DNA from: Alphaproteobacteria bacterium
Lineage (GTDB): Bacteria > Pseudomonadota > Alphaproteobacteria > MPNO01
Direction: 5' to 3'
DNA length: 64,000 bases
NCBI GenBank assembly: GCA_965248835.1
Contig: CBDFLJ010000001.1
Coordinates: 1,856,001 to 1,920,000, forward strand
The notes under the pieces were generated by a model. That model saw only the letters and a list, made by a program, of their open reading frames with translations, was not told where the DNA came from and searched no databases. A program made the position numbers and the translations under genes. This document shows positions 39,117-48,706 of the stretch, piece by piece. Numbering within the stretch: the first letter of the stretch is position 1; the number at the start of each line of letters is the position of its first letter.

Positions 39117-39948
39117 GCTCTGCCTGGGGCTGGCGACGTCCCATCTGGCCCATATCGTCAACGCGCGCGCCCAGGGCGATGCCGACCAGGTGGCGGGCTT
39201 CGATGCCGGCTACGCGCGGCTGGCCGAGGCGTTGCGCGAGGCAGCGCCGGACGTATGCGTGCTGGTGACCGCCGAGCACGTCAACAAGTTCTTTCTCGAC
39301 AACATGCCGGCCTTCTGCATCGGCCTGTTCGACGCCTTCGCAGGCCCCGTCGAGTCCAAGACCCGCGATGTGGGCTATCCCTGGCGGACGGTGCCGAGCG
39401 ATGCCGGTTTCTCCCGCTACCTGATCGAGCGCGGCCTCGACGGCGGGCCGGGCGGCGGCGTCGACTGGACGGTCTCGGAGTTCTGGGAGGCCGATCACGG
39501 GATCATGGTTCCGCTGCACAAGATCGACCCGGAGGGGGCGGTGCCGGTGGTGCCGGTGTTCGTCAACTGCGGGTCCTCCCCGATGCCTTCGGCCCGGCGC
39601 TGCCACGCGGTGGGGCGTTGGCTCGCCGATGCGGTCGCGGATTGGGACGCCGGGAAGCGGGTCGCGATCATGGCCACCGGCGGCCTGTCGCACTCGGTCG
39701 GCTCGCCCACCCAGGGATTTATCGATGCCGCGTTCGACGAATGGTTCCTCGACCAGCTCGCCTGCGGCCGCGACGAGACGCTGGCGGGGTTGACCGATCC
39801 GCAAATGGACGCGGCAGGCAGCTCCACCGGCGAGGTGCGCGCCTGGATCGTGCTGGCGGGCGCCTTCGCCGGCCGCTCCGCCCAACGCGTCTTCTACGCC
39901 CCCATCAAGGGCTTCGACACCGGATGCGCCCAGGCCCTCTACGCGTGA
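39109..39948 (+). CDS. Class III extradiol dioxygenase catalytic subunit (LigB/CarBb-like)
   Basis: ATSH, EHVNKFFLDNMPAFCIG, DHGIMVPL, TGGLSH, FDEWFL, EVRAW. Confidence 0.9.
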   Translation: MAELCLGLATSHLAHIVNARAQGDADQVAGFDAGYARLAEALREAAPDVCVLVTAEHVNKFFLDNMPAFCIGLFDAFAGPVESKTRDVGYPWRTVPSDAGFSRYLIERGLDGGPGGGVDWTVSEFWEADHGIMVPLHKIDPEGAVPVVPVFVNCGSSPMPSARRCHAVGRWLADAVADWDAGKRVAIMATGGLSHSVGSPTQGFIDAAFDEWFLDQLACGRDETLAGLTDPQMDAAGSSTGEVRAWIVLAGAFAGRSAQRVFYAPIKGFDTGCAQALYA

Positions 39949-39961
39949 GGCCGACGACGGC

Positions 39962-40750
39962 ATGCTGATCCTCTATGAGCATTCGTCCTCGGTTTGCGTC
40001 ATCAAGGTGCGGCTGACCCTGCTGGAGAAGTCCATCGACTACGAAGGCCGCTTCGTCGACCTGCGCGGCGGCGGGCAGTTCGATCCGGACTATCTGAAAA
40101 TCCACCCGGGCGCGGTCGTGCCCGCGCTGGTCCATGACGGCAATGCGATCCTCGAATCCTCGGTGATCCAGTATTACCTCGAAGACGTCTTCCCCGACCC
40201 GGCGATGATGCCCGCCGACCCGCTCGCGCGCTACCGGGTGCGCTGGCTGATGAAGCTCATCGACGATCCGATCCACCCGGCCGTCGGCGTCCTTACCCAT
40301 GCCATTTCCTTCAGGAAGGACTACCGGACGCCCCAGGCGATCGAGGATCGAATGGCCAAGATCCCCGATCCCCGCCGCCGGGACCGCCAGCGCTCGGTCT
40401 ACACCGAGGGTCTGGAGAGCCCCTATGTGATCGATGCGCTGCGGGATTTCCAACGGATGGTCGCGGAAATGGACAAGACCCTGGCCGACGGCCCGTGGCT
40501 CGGCGGCCGGCTCTATTCGCTGGCCGATGCCGCAGCGACGCCCTATGCCAACCGCCTCGACATGCTGGGAATTCTGGACGCGTTTCTCGTCGGTCGTCCG
40601 CGGGTCCGGAACTGGTTCGACCGCATCCGCGCCCGCGAAAGCTTCGATCGGGCGGTCACGCGCTGGTACTCGGCCGATGACGCCGACCGCTTCGCCCCCT
40701 TCGCGGCGGACAGCGCCGAGCGGGTCACCAGGATCCTGGCATCGATCTGA
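39962..40750 (+). CDS. Glutathione S-transferase family protein
   Basis: SVCVIKVRL, Q..PDYLKIHP..VVPAL, ESSVI..YL, YSLAD. Confidence 0.9.
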   Translation: MLILYEHSSSVCVIKVRLTLLEKSIDYEGRFVDLRGGGQFDPDYLKIHPGAVVPALVHDGNAILESSVIQYYLEDVFPDPAMMPADPLARYRVRWLMKLIDDPIHPAVGVLTHAISFRKDYRTPQAIEDRMAKIPDPRRRDRQRSVYTEGLESPYVIDALRDFQRMVAEMDKTLADGPWLGGRLYSLADAAATPYANRLDMLGILDAFLVGRPRVRNWFDRIRARESFDRAVTRWYSADDADRFAPFAADSAERVTRILASI

Positions 40751-40957
40751 AGCGCCGGTCAGGCGCGGTCGTCGGCCAAGCACAGCCCGCAGATGCCGCC
40801 GATGAGGTCGGCCACGGCCTTATCGAAATCGGCACGATAGCCGTGAACCTCGTCCAACCACGCCGGACTTTGCATGGACCTGCGCCCGGCTCTTGCGCGG
40901 TCCTTATGAGCGGCCGGCCTCGGTTGCGCGGGTGTGGTGCCGCAACCTGTCGGCGAG

Positions 40958-42124
40958 TCAGGTGCGGGCGAAGAACCGGGCGGCGTTCTGGTGGAGGATT
41001 TTCCGTTTCTGATCCGCCGTGACGTCGGTCCGCCCGATGATCTCGATCGCCGCCTCGTCGCGGCCCTCGCCGTGGGGGAAATCCGAGGAATAGAGGATCT
41101 GGTCCTCGCCGAGCAGCGCCAGCTCCATGGGCAGCATCGCATCGCTCGATTCGGTGGCGAGGTAAAGACGCCCGGATGCGATCGTCTCCTCGACCGCGGT
41201 CCTCGGCAGCATCGACGGATCGGCCATGCGCCTTCGGTTGACCTCCAGGTAATGCCGCATCCGCCCGATCGCGTAGAAAATCCATTCGCCGCCGAATTCC
41301 AGGAACGCGACCCGCAGGTCCGGGTAGCGCTCGAGCATGCCGTGTCCGACGACGGCGACGAAGGCAAGCTGTGCCGGCAGCGCCTTGCCGATCATGTTGG
41401 CGTCCTGGATCGAATGGCAAAGGTCCCCCAGCGGCGGGTAACTCATCCCCATGTGGATGCAAAGCGGCAGGCCAGCCCCGGCAACGGCGTCCCAGACCGG
41501 AGCGAAGGCCCGGTCGGACAGCATCTGCTCGCCGGCGGTGCCGAAGACCACGGCCGCCGAAGCGCCGAGCGTTGTCATCTCCGCGACGGCTTCGATCCCC
41601 TGCCGCGCCTCGCGCAGCGGCAGCAGTCCCGCCCATCTGAGCCGCTCGGAGACCGATCGGCATTGCCCGCCGACATAGCGGTTGTAGGCGCGGAACAGCG
41701 CGGCTTCGAGCCCCGGATCGGACGATATCGCGGCATAGGACGTGCTGGGGAAAAGGACCTGGACGTCGATCCCCATGTTGTCGAGCGCCGCCACCCGCGC
41801 AGCAGGGTCGGACAGATCGACCACGCCGATCGGCTGAGGAATGCCGGAGAAGTCGCCGGCGCGGTCCGGTGTCGCGCCGAATTCCTCCATGGTCATGCCC
41901 GGCGTGTTCGAGGCATGAGTGCCGGGACCGAACGGATGGGGGTCGAGCCGGCCGTCGAGCAGCCAGGCGCTCTGCCAGCCGCCGAGATCGGCGGCATCGC
42001 CGAACCGGACCGGACGCGGCCGCCGGAACCGGTATTCCTCGGGCAGATCGGCCCACATGCGCGGGCTCATCATCACATGGGCATCGGCGTCGTAGACGCG
42101 GTGGCCTTCAAGCATTGTCAGCAC
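40958..42124 (-). CDS. Amidohydrolase_2 family protein
   Basis: YDADAHV, DVQVLFPS, AYNR, LCIH, FLEFG, YSSDFPH, NAARFF. Confidence 0.88.
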   Translation of the reverse strand: MLTMLEGHRVYDADAHVMMSPRMWADLPEEYRFRRPRPVRFGDAADLGGWQSAWLLDGRLDPHPFGPGTHASNTPGMTMEEFGATPDRAGDFSGIPQPIGVVDLSDPAARVAALDNMGIDVQVLFPSTSYAAISSDPGLEAALFRAYNRYVGGQCRSVSERLRWAGLLPLREARQGIEAVAEMTTLGASAAVVFGTAGEQMLSDRAFAPVWDAVAGAGLPLCIHMGMSYPPLGDLCHSIQDANMIGKALPAQLAFVAVVGHGMLERYPDLRVAFLEFGGEWIFYAIGRMRHYLEVNRRRMADPSMLPRTAVEETIASGRLYLATESSDAMLPMELALLGEDQILYSSDFPHGEGRDEAAIEIIGRTDVTADQKRKILHQNAARFFART

Positions 42125-42278
42125 TCTCCGTCGCAGGTTTCATCGCGCTCTCCGGCGTGTCGGGGCTTGTTCCGGTCGAAAAGCCCAAGCCGCCGGATCC
42201 GCAGCCGCAAGGGCTGACCGGGGTCGGAAATTTGATGCTACCATCCCGGGCCTGTCTGATCGCAAGGGTCCGCCGGCC

Positions 42279-43366
42279 ATGAAGTTCGCACATTGCTCGC
42301 ATGTCTGGGGCAAGGCGGGCATGACGCCGGCTGACCGCTACCGGCAGCTCTGGCGCGAGATCGAGCTCTGCGACGAGCTCGGCTACGACTACGGCTTCGC
42401 GGTCGAGCATCATTTCCGGCCCGACGAGAGCTGGATGACGGCGCCCAATTTCTATGCCGTCGCCGCCGGCGCGCGGACCCGCCGGATCCGGCTGGGCGCG
42501 ATGGGCCATATCGTGCCGCTGCACGATCCGGTCAGGCTGGTCGAGGAGATCGCACTGACCGACCAGATGCTGGACGGGCGAATCGAGGTCGGCCTCGTGC
42601 CGGGGATCGTGCCGTCTTATTTCGAGCCTTCAAGGTCGACTACGAGTCCCGCCGCGCCAAGACGATCGAATTCGTGGGTTTTCTCAAGGCGGCGTTCGCC
42701 GATGCCGAACCGTTCGACTTCGCAGGCGAATTCAACAGCTATGAGAACCTGCTGCTCGCCGTGAACCCGGTGCAGAAGCCCCATCCGCCGCTTTGGATGG
42801 AAACCCGCGACCCGGCGACGCTGGCGTTCTGCGCCCGCGAGGGCGTGAACACCGGCTATTTCCTGCTGTTCCCGCGCGCCGACGCGGCGCCGCGCTACAA
42901 GACCTTCCTCGCCGACTGGCGGGCGGCGGGCTGGCAGGAACCGCCGCTGATCGCCTATTCGACGGTGGTCTATGTCGACGAGACCGACGAGAAGGCGCTT
43001 CAGACCGCGCTGAGCGAGGCCGGGCGGGCCTATCGCGGGTTCTTCCCGCCCGAGGTCGGCGGCGGCGACATGGCCAGGGCCCAGCTCGTGACCGCCGAAC
43101 TGTTCGAGCAGCGCGGCGAGCCCGGCGCGGCCGAGGTGATCCGCAACCTGCTCGATCCCGATTATCTCCTGGAGCACGACCTGATCCTTATCGGCTCGCC
43201 CGAGACGGTTGCGCGCAGGCTGCGAGACTACGCCAGCGATGGGATGTTCAACACCTTCTTCGGCGAGTTCAACTTCGGCGATCTCGCCGAGGAGGACCTG
43301 ATGCGCTCGATCCGCCTGTTCGGCACCGAGGTGATGCCGGCCCTGCGCGATTTCGAGCCCTTCTGA
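42279..43366 (+). pseudogene. LLM-class (luciferase-like) flavin monooxygenase split by a 1-bp deletion near 42628
   Basis: VEHHF, P.RLVEEIA..DQM.DGRIEVG in the first frame; P.QKPHPPLW, IGSPETV, LFGTEVMP in the second; adding one base at GAG CC^TTC AAG restores a single ORF. Confidence 0.8.
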
Positions 43367-43867
43367 GAACGAAGCTTTGAGGCCTGCGCGGCGGCGGGAG
43401 CTGGTCGACGATCTCCGGCGGACCTGGCAGGTGAGCATCCGGCGTGCCTGTGCGGTGCTGAAGGTGGGCCGGTCGATGTGCCACTACACGCCCCGTCGCC
43501 CGTCGCAGGCCGTCTTGCGCAGGCGTATCCAGGAGATCGCGGAGACCCGTGTCCGCTACGGGTATCGCCGGATCCATGTGTTCTGCAGCGCGCGGGCTGG
43601 CGGGCGAACGCCAAGCGGGTCTACCGCCTGTACACCGAGGAAGGCCTTCAGCTGCGCAACAAGACACCGAAACGGAAGGTCTTGGCGAAGCTTCGTGAAG
43701 ACCGGTGTCCGGCCGCGGCGCCGAACGAGGTGTGGGCGATGGACTTCATGTCGGACCAGCTGTTCGACGGCCGGCGCGTCCGCATCCTGACCATTGTCGA
43801 TGCCTTCTGCCGGCTGTCGCCGGTGATCGACGTCCGCCAGCGCATGCTGACGTCCTCACCCGCCTGA
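43367..43867 (+). mobile_element. IS3-family remnant (end of orfA plus truncated, frameshifted orfB)
   Basis: RPARRRELV, SIRRAC, RYGYRRIH, GWRANAKRVYRLY.EEGL, NEVWAMDFMSDQL, RILTIVD; DDE incomplete, no IRs seen. Confidence 0.85.
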
Positions 43868-43940
43868 ATTTTCCCGATTCGGCGTCCTGACCGCATTCGC
43901 ACGGGGCTGAGGCGGTTCAAAGCCGCTTACTATCGTAAAT

Positions 43941-43956
43941 ACGTATCTAGATACGT
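43941..43956. promoter_or_regulatory. Perfect 16-bp palindrome, candidate operator
   Basis: ACGTATCTAGATACGT, about 120 bp upstream of the 44077 ATG. Confidence 0.6.
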
Positions 43957-44076
43957 GTAGCGGTCACTCGCCTAAAAGCGACGGGCGGCGTCAAGATAAA
44001 GTTGTAATTCCCTTTCGTTTGATGTGCCCAGGCATACGGCCGAGAATTTCAGCCGATCCGGCTGGAGAGGAAGACC

Positions 44077-45006
44077 ATGGCGCTCCTGATAAGCAACCTC
44101 ATGATGGGAACGGACGCGGACTGGCGAGCGGCTATCAATGCCGAATTGCCAGACTTGGAGGTACGATTCTGGCCCGACGTCGGCGACCCTGCCGACATTG
44201 AATATATAGCCTTCACCCGCCCCAGCCTGGACGACTGGCCGGAACTCCCGAATCTCAAGGCGATGCTGACCCGCCAGGCAGGGGTCGACGGCTTCATCAA
44301 GCATCCCAAGCTGCCGGACGTTCCACTCTCCAAATTGGAACCGGAAGACGGCGATCCGATGATGACAGAATATGTCGTCATGCATGTGCTCCGGCTGCAT
44401 CGCAATATGCCGACCTACCGGGAGTGCCAGGCGCGCAAGGAATGGCGGCAGGTGCAGCAGAAGCGGCCGGGGGGCCGCACCGTCGGTTTTCTCGGCTACG
44501 GGGTAATGGTGCGGAAACCGGCCCGTATTTTACGCGACATGGAGTTCGACGTCGTCGCCTGGACTCGGACTCCGAAGCCCGATGCCGAGGTCCCCATTTA
44601 TGCCGGCGCCGACCAGTTCGACACGATCCTCGAACGCTCGGACATTATTGTCTGCCTGCTTCCCTTGACCGGCGAGACCCGCGGCATCTTGAATGCGGAG
44701 GCGTTTGCGAAGATGCCTGAAGGCGGCATCGTCATCAATATTGGCCGCGGCGAGCATGTGGTGATCGATGACCTGATCGCGGCATTGGATTCGGGCCACC
44801 TCTACCACGCCGCGCTCGATGCGCACTCCCCCGAACCGCTGCCGCCGGAAAGCCCGCTCTGGGATCATCCCAAGGTGACCGTCATGCCGCATGTCGCCAG
44901 ACGCCCCAACATCGCGCAATTGGCGCCGCAAATCGTCGCAAACATCAAGCGCTGCGAGGCCGGCCAGCCGCTTCTCCAGGAAGTCGACCGCGGCGCCGGC
45001 TATTAG
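44077..45006 (+). CDS. Glyoxylate/hydroxypyruvate reductase A-like 2-hydroxyacid dehydrogenase
   Basis: AGVD, MTEYV, GFLGYG, LLPLT.ETRGILN, INIGRG, EPLP, MPHVA. Confidence 0.88.
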   Translation: MALLISNLMMGTDADWRAAINAELPDLEVRFWPDVGDPADIEYIAFTRPSLDDWPELPNLKAMLTRQAGVDGFIKHPKLPDVPLSKLEPEDGDPMMTEYVVMHVLRLHRNMPTYRECQARKEWRQVQQKRPGGRTVGFLGYGVMVRKPARILRDMEFDVVAWTRTPKPDAEVPIYAGADQFDTILERSDIIVCLLPLTGETRGILNAEAFAKMPEGGIVINIGRGEHVVIDDLIAALDSGHLYHAALDAHSPEPLPPESPLWDHPKVTVMPHVARRPNIAQLAPQIVANIKRCEAGQPLLQEVDRGAGY

Positions 45007-45049
45007 CGGCACGGCCAGTGCCAGGAACGTTCAGCGTCTCAGCGCTGCC

Positions 45050-45190
45050 CAACGGCCATTCCTCACATCGGGGAAGGGAGGGGCGGTGCATGGCGATGAG
45101 GTCGCGGATCTGGGCGATGCGTATGTGAGTGGGGTTGGTGTCGGGGCCGGCCGGCGGAATTGCCCAGAGTGCGTTTAGGCGGGCAAGCAC
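45050..45190 (-). mobile_element. Possible right-end remnant of an IS (IS1380-like)
   Basis: Short frame ARLNALWAIPP followed by GTGAGGAATGG, reminiscent of IS1380-type ends; weak. Confidence 0.25.
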
Positions 45191-45433
45191 GCTTTTGGGG
45201 ACGCATTCGAGATTGCGGAGCTCGTAGTTGGCAGGGTTCCCGACGACCCCGTCGCTGCAATAGCTTGGTAACGCCTCCGCTCACACACCCGCTCCAACTC
45301 ACCCGTCAATTCGACCGTACCCACAACTCCTACGCCACCCATCCTGCGCACCGCCAACAAGTTGATGGACGGCGTGGTCTTTGCGGGCTAACACGGGCGC
45401 GTCCGCTGCACTCCGCCTCAAGGGACGCCTCCC

Positions 45434-46321
45434 ATGACCCGGATCGACATCCAGTTCTCCATGTTCTCGGCCTTCTATTCGCCGCTCATTGCGACCATGG
45501 CCGGCGGGTTCCTGGCCGAGGAGGGGCTGGAGGCGGACTGGTCGGTTTCGCCGCCCGGCGTTTCCGCCATCGCGGCCCTGAAAGACGGCACGGCCCACGT
45601 CGTGCAGTCGGCTCTCGGCCAGGCGTTCGGGCCCCTGTCGAAGGGCGAGGATCCCGGCGTCGTCCATTTCGCTCAGATCAACGAGATGGACGGGTTTTTC
45701 CTGACCGGGCGCGAACCGGACCCGGATTTCACCTGGGACAGGCTGGAAGGCGCGGAGGTCGTGTTGTTCGGCGGCGGCCAGCCGCTCGCGATGTTCAAAT
45801 ATGCCTGCCACAAGGCCGGCATCGACTACACTCGGCTGAAGGCCATCCATCCCGGGAACGCCGCCGAGATCGACCAGGCCTTCCGCGCGGGGACCGGCCG
45901 CTATGTCCAGCAGCAGGGGCCGTTCCCTCAGCAACTGGAGGCGGACAGCGTCGGCCATGTCGTCGCCCAGGTCGGCGTGCAGATCGGCCGCTGCGGCTTT
46001 TCCAGCCTGTGCGCCCGGCCGGACTGGCTGGAGACCGATATGGCGAAGGCCTTCACTCGCGCCTACCGCGGGGCGCGCCTCTGGCTGAACGAAACGCCGG
46101 CGGCTGAGGTCGCCCGCGCCGAAGAGACCTTTTTCCCGGAGATCGACCTGCCGGTGCTGGAACGCTGCATCGCGACCTACCAGAAGCTCGGCTGTTGGAC
46201 GCCCCATATCGAGATCGCGCCGGAGGCTTTCGAGGCGACGCTGGACATCTACGCCTATAATGGCCTGATCGGCGAGCGCTTCGCCTACGACAGGGTCTGT
46301 GCGCCACCGCCGGAGGTCTAG
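45434..46321 (+). CDS. NitT/TauT (SsuA/THI5-like) ABC substrate-binding protein, orphan
   Basis: SAFYSP, GFLAEEGLE, DGFFL.GR, FTW..LEG; no permease adjacent; the stop TAG overlaps the IS5 end. Confidence 0.8.
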   Translation: MTRIDIQFSMFSAFYSPLIATMAGGFLAEEGLEADWSVSPPGVSAIAALKDGTAHVVQSALGQAFGPLSKGEDPGVVHFAQINEMDGFFLTGREPDPDFTWDRLEGAEVVLFGGGQPLAMFKYACHKAGIDYTRLKAIHPGNAAEIDQAFRAGTGRYVQQQGPFPQQLEADSVGHVVAQVGVQIGRCGFSSLCARPDWLETDMAKAFTRAYRGARLWLNETPAAEVARAEETFFPEIDLPVLERCIATYQKLGCWTPHIEIAPEAFEATLDIYAYNGLIGERFAYDRVCAPPPEV

Positions 46322-47115
46322 GCTCTGGACCCATAAAAGCGCTTTATGATTCTGTTTGGATCTGATTCAAGCTTCCAAACCGTGGGAGCTTGAGGATGTC
46401 GGAGAGCTTTTGGCTGAGCGATGAGCAGTTTGGACGTCTGGCGCCGTTGTTGCCGACGGACACGCGCGGCGTGCCGCGGGTTGACGACCGGCGGGTGATA
46501 TCTGGGATCATCCATGTTCTTCAATCGGGCTGCCGGTGGAAGGATGCGCCGGCGGAATACGGCCCTCACAAGATGCTGTACAACCGCTTTGTCCGCTGGG
46601 CGCGCAAGGGTGTATGGCAGGGCGTCTTCGTGCGGTTGGCGGATTCTGGCGGACCGCCGTCGGCGGTGATGCTGGATTCGACCCATGTCAAGGCGCACCG
46701 TTCGGCGGCGGGCGGAAAAGGGGGGCCGCGCTCCAGGCGATCGGCCGTTCGCGGGGCGGGCGCACGACCAAGATCCATGCCGCCGTCGACGAGCACGGCC
46801 GGGCGCGACGGCTGATCGTCGGGGCGGGCCATCGCGGCGACGCACCGATGGCGGCGCGCCTGATCGGTGCCATGGCCGCCCGGCTTGTGTATCGCCGATG
46901 CCGCCTACGACAGCGACGCGCTCCGCGACCTGCTTCTCGACCGGGGCACCATCCCGGTTATCCCCAACAATCCGACCCGCAAACGGCATCACCCGTTCGA
47001 TCGTCAGGCCTACCGCCTGCGCAACGTCATCGAACGTGCCTTCGCCCGGCTCAAGGACTGGCGCCGGATCGCCACCCGATACGACAAACTCGCCCTGACC
47101 TACACCGCCGCCGTC
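46321..47115 (+). mobile_element. IS5-family (IS427-type, two-ORF) element, right end lost
   Basis: TA|GGCTCTGGACCCATAAA left end; orfA FWLSDEQF..GVPRVDDRRV..W.DAP; AAAAGGGGGG slippery site near 46717; orfB SRGG.TTKIH, AD.AYDSD, RNVIER.F..LK.WRRIATRYDK; extra frameshift near 46875. Confidence 0.88.
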
Positions 47116-47177
47116 AAACGCTTCTGCCTCCGCGTCGATCAAAACTTATGCCACCAACTTTAGATTCGGGTGACTAG
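47106..47177 (+). repeat. 72-bp exact copy of the IS630 3' end and right IR (same as 48291-48362)
   Basis: CGCCGCCGTCAAACGC...TTTAGATTCGGGTGACTAG occurs at both positions. Confidence 0.95.
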
Positions 47178-48359
47178 TCACCTGGAACTGAAGTAAATTG
47201 CACTATATGATGGCCATCGTCGTTGGGCTTTGGAGGTGTTTGCGATGGTGCGTGGCGTTGGCCGGCCGGTTGCGGCTTTGGTTCTGAGCGATGAAGAACG
47301 GTCGTATCTCGAGCGTCAGCTCCGCCGTCGCCAGATCGCGCGCGCGGTGTCGGACCGCTGCCGCATGATCCTGCGTTGCGCGGCTGGTCTGACCAACAAG
47401 GCGGTCGCTGCCGAGCTCGGCGTGCACGAGCACACGGTCGGCAAGTGGCGCCGCCGCTTCCTGAAGGACCGCATCGACGGACTGTCGGATGAGCCTCGGC
47501 CGGGGCGGCCGCGGACCATCGAGGATGATCAAGTGGCACAGGTCATTGAACGGACGCTCAACGCGACGCCGGCGGATGCGACCCATTGGTCGCTCCGCTC
47601 GATGGCCCGGGAGACCGGGCTGTCGCACACGACGATCCGGCGCATCTGGACGGCCTTCGGGTTGCAGCCGCACCGCTCGCAGACCTTCAAACTGTCGAGC
47701 GATCCGCTGTTCGTCGACAAGGTCCGCGACATCGTCGGGCTCTATCTGTCGCCGCCGGACCGCGCGCTGGTGCTCTGTGTCGATGAAAAGAGCCAGATCC
47801 AGGCCCTCGACCGCGAACAGCCGGTGTTGCCGATGATGCCGGGCATGGCCGAGCGGCGGACGTACAATTACGTCCGGCACGGGACGACCTCGCTGTTCGC
47901 CGCCCTCGATGTCGCCACGGGCTTCGTCATCGGCAAGTGCTACAGGCGCCACCGGGCCAGGGAGTTCCTCGACTTTCTGAAGCAGATCGACGCCCGCGTC
48001 CCCGAGGATCTCGACATCCACATCGTCATGGACAACTACGCCACCCACAAGACCGCCGCGATCAGAGCCTGGCTGGCGCGGCGGCCGCACTATCATGTCC
48101 ACTTCACGCCGACCTCGGCCTCCTGGATCAACCAGGTCGAGCGCTGGTTCGCCGAATTGACGCGCAAGCAACTGCGACGTGGCGTTCATACCTCGACGAA
48201 GCAGCTCGAAGCCGACATCCGCGCCTTCATCGAAAAACACAACGAAGACCCCAAGCCCTTCAAATGGACCAAATCAGCCGACGACATCCTCGCCGCCGTC
48301 AAACGCTTCTGCCTCCGCGTCGATCAAAACTTATGCCACCAACTTTAGATTCGGGTGAC
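47177..48359 (+). mobile_element. IS630-family element, apparently complete
   Basis: Imperfect IRs GTCACCTGGAACTGAAG / CTTTAGATTCGGGTGAC, TA on both sides (47175-76, 48360-61). Confidence 0.93.
47245..48348 (+). CDS. IS630 transposase
   Basis: KWRRRF, RPGRPR, THWS.R, VDEKSQIQAL, YVRHGT, MDNYATHK, SWINQVERWF; intact ORF. Confidence 0.96.
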   Translation: MVRGVGRPVAALVLSDEERSYLERQLRRRQIARAVSDRCRMILRCAAGLTNKAVAAELGVHEHTVGKWRRRFLKDRIDGLSDEPRPGRPRTIEDDQVAQVIERTLNATPADATHWSLRSMARETGLSHTTIRRIWTAFGLQPHRSQTFKLSSDPLFVDKVRDIVGLYLSPPDRALVLCVDEKSQIQALDREQPVLPMMPGMAERRTYNYVRHGTTSLFAALDVATGFVIGKCYRRHRAREFLDFLKQIDARVPEDLDIHIVMDNYATHKTAAIRAWLARRPHYHVHFTPTSASWINQVERWFAELTRKQLRRGVHTSTKQLEADIRAFIEKHNEDPKPFKWTKSADDILAAVKRFCLRVDQNLCHQL

Positions 48360-48361
48360 TA

Positions 48362-48706
48362 GAGCTTCGCGCCCTTGAGGCTGATCGGCAGACCGCGCCG
48401 GGCATCGATCGCCTTCTTCTGATCCGCCGAGAGGCTCGCATAGGTTTTCTTGTTCATCACCATCATCTGCGGCGAATAGCCCATCGGCAGGTCGATGACA
48501 TAGTTCTTGACGACCTCGGCGAGCTTGAGCTGTTGACCACCGAGATGCCGACCAGCGCGCCGTCGACGACGCCCTTCTCGATCGCACCGTAAGTCCGCGG
48601 CATCGGCATCGCCACCGGGACCGCGCCCAGCCCCTTGATGATCGCCGCCTGGTCGCGCGACGGCGTCCTGAGCTTGAGACCCTTGAGGTCATCGGGATGG
48701 CGGACG
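48362..48706 (-). pseudogene. Internal fragment of a TRAP DctP solute-binding protein
   Basis: DDLKGLKLRTP, LGAVPVAMP..TYGAIEKGVVDG, (frameshift) KLAEV, MNKKTYASL; cut by IS630 at one end and by a deletion at the other. Confidence 0.8.

Noticed and set aside
40759-40876. 38-aa ORF MQSPAWLDEVHGY...
   Set aside because: No motif or clear RBS; it may be a gene tail but cannot be supported.
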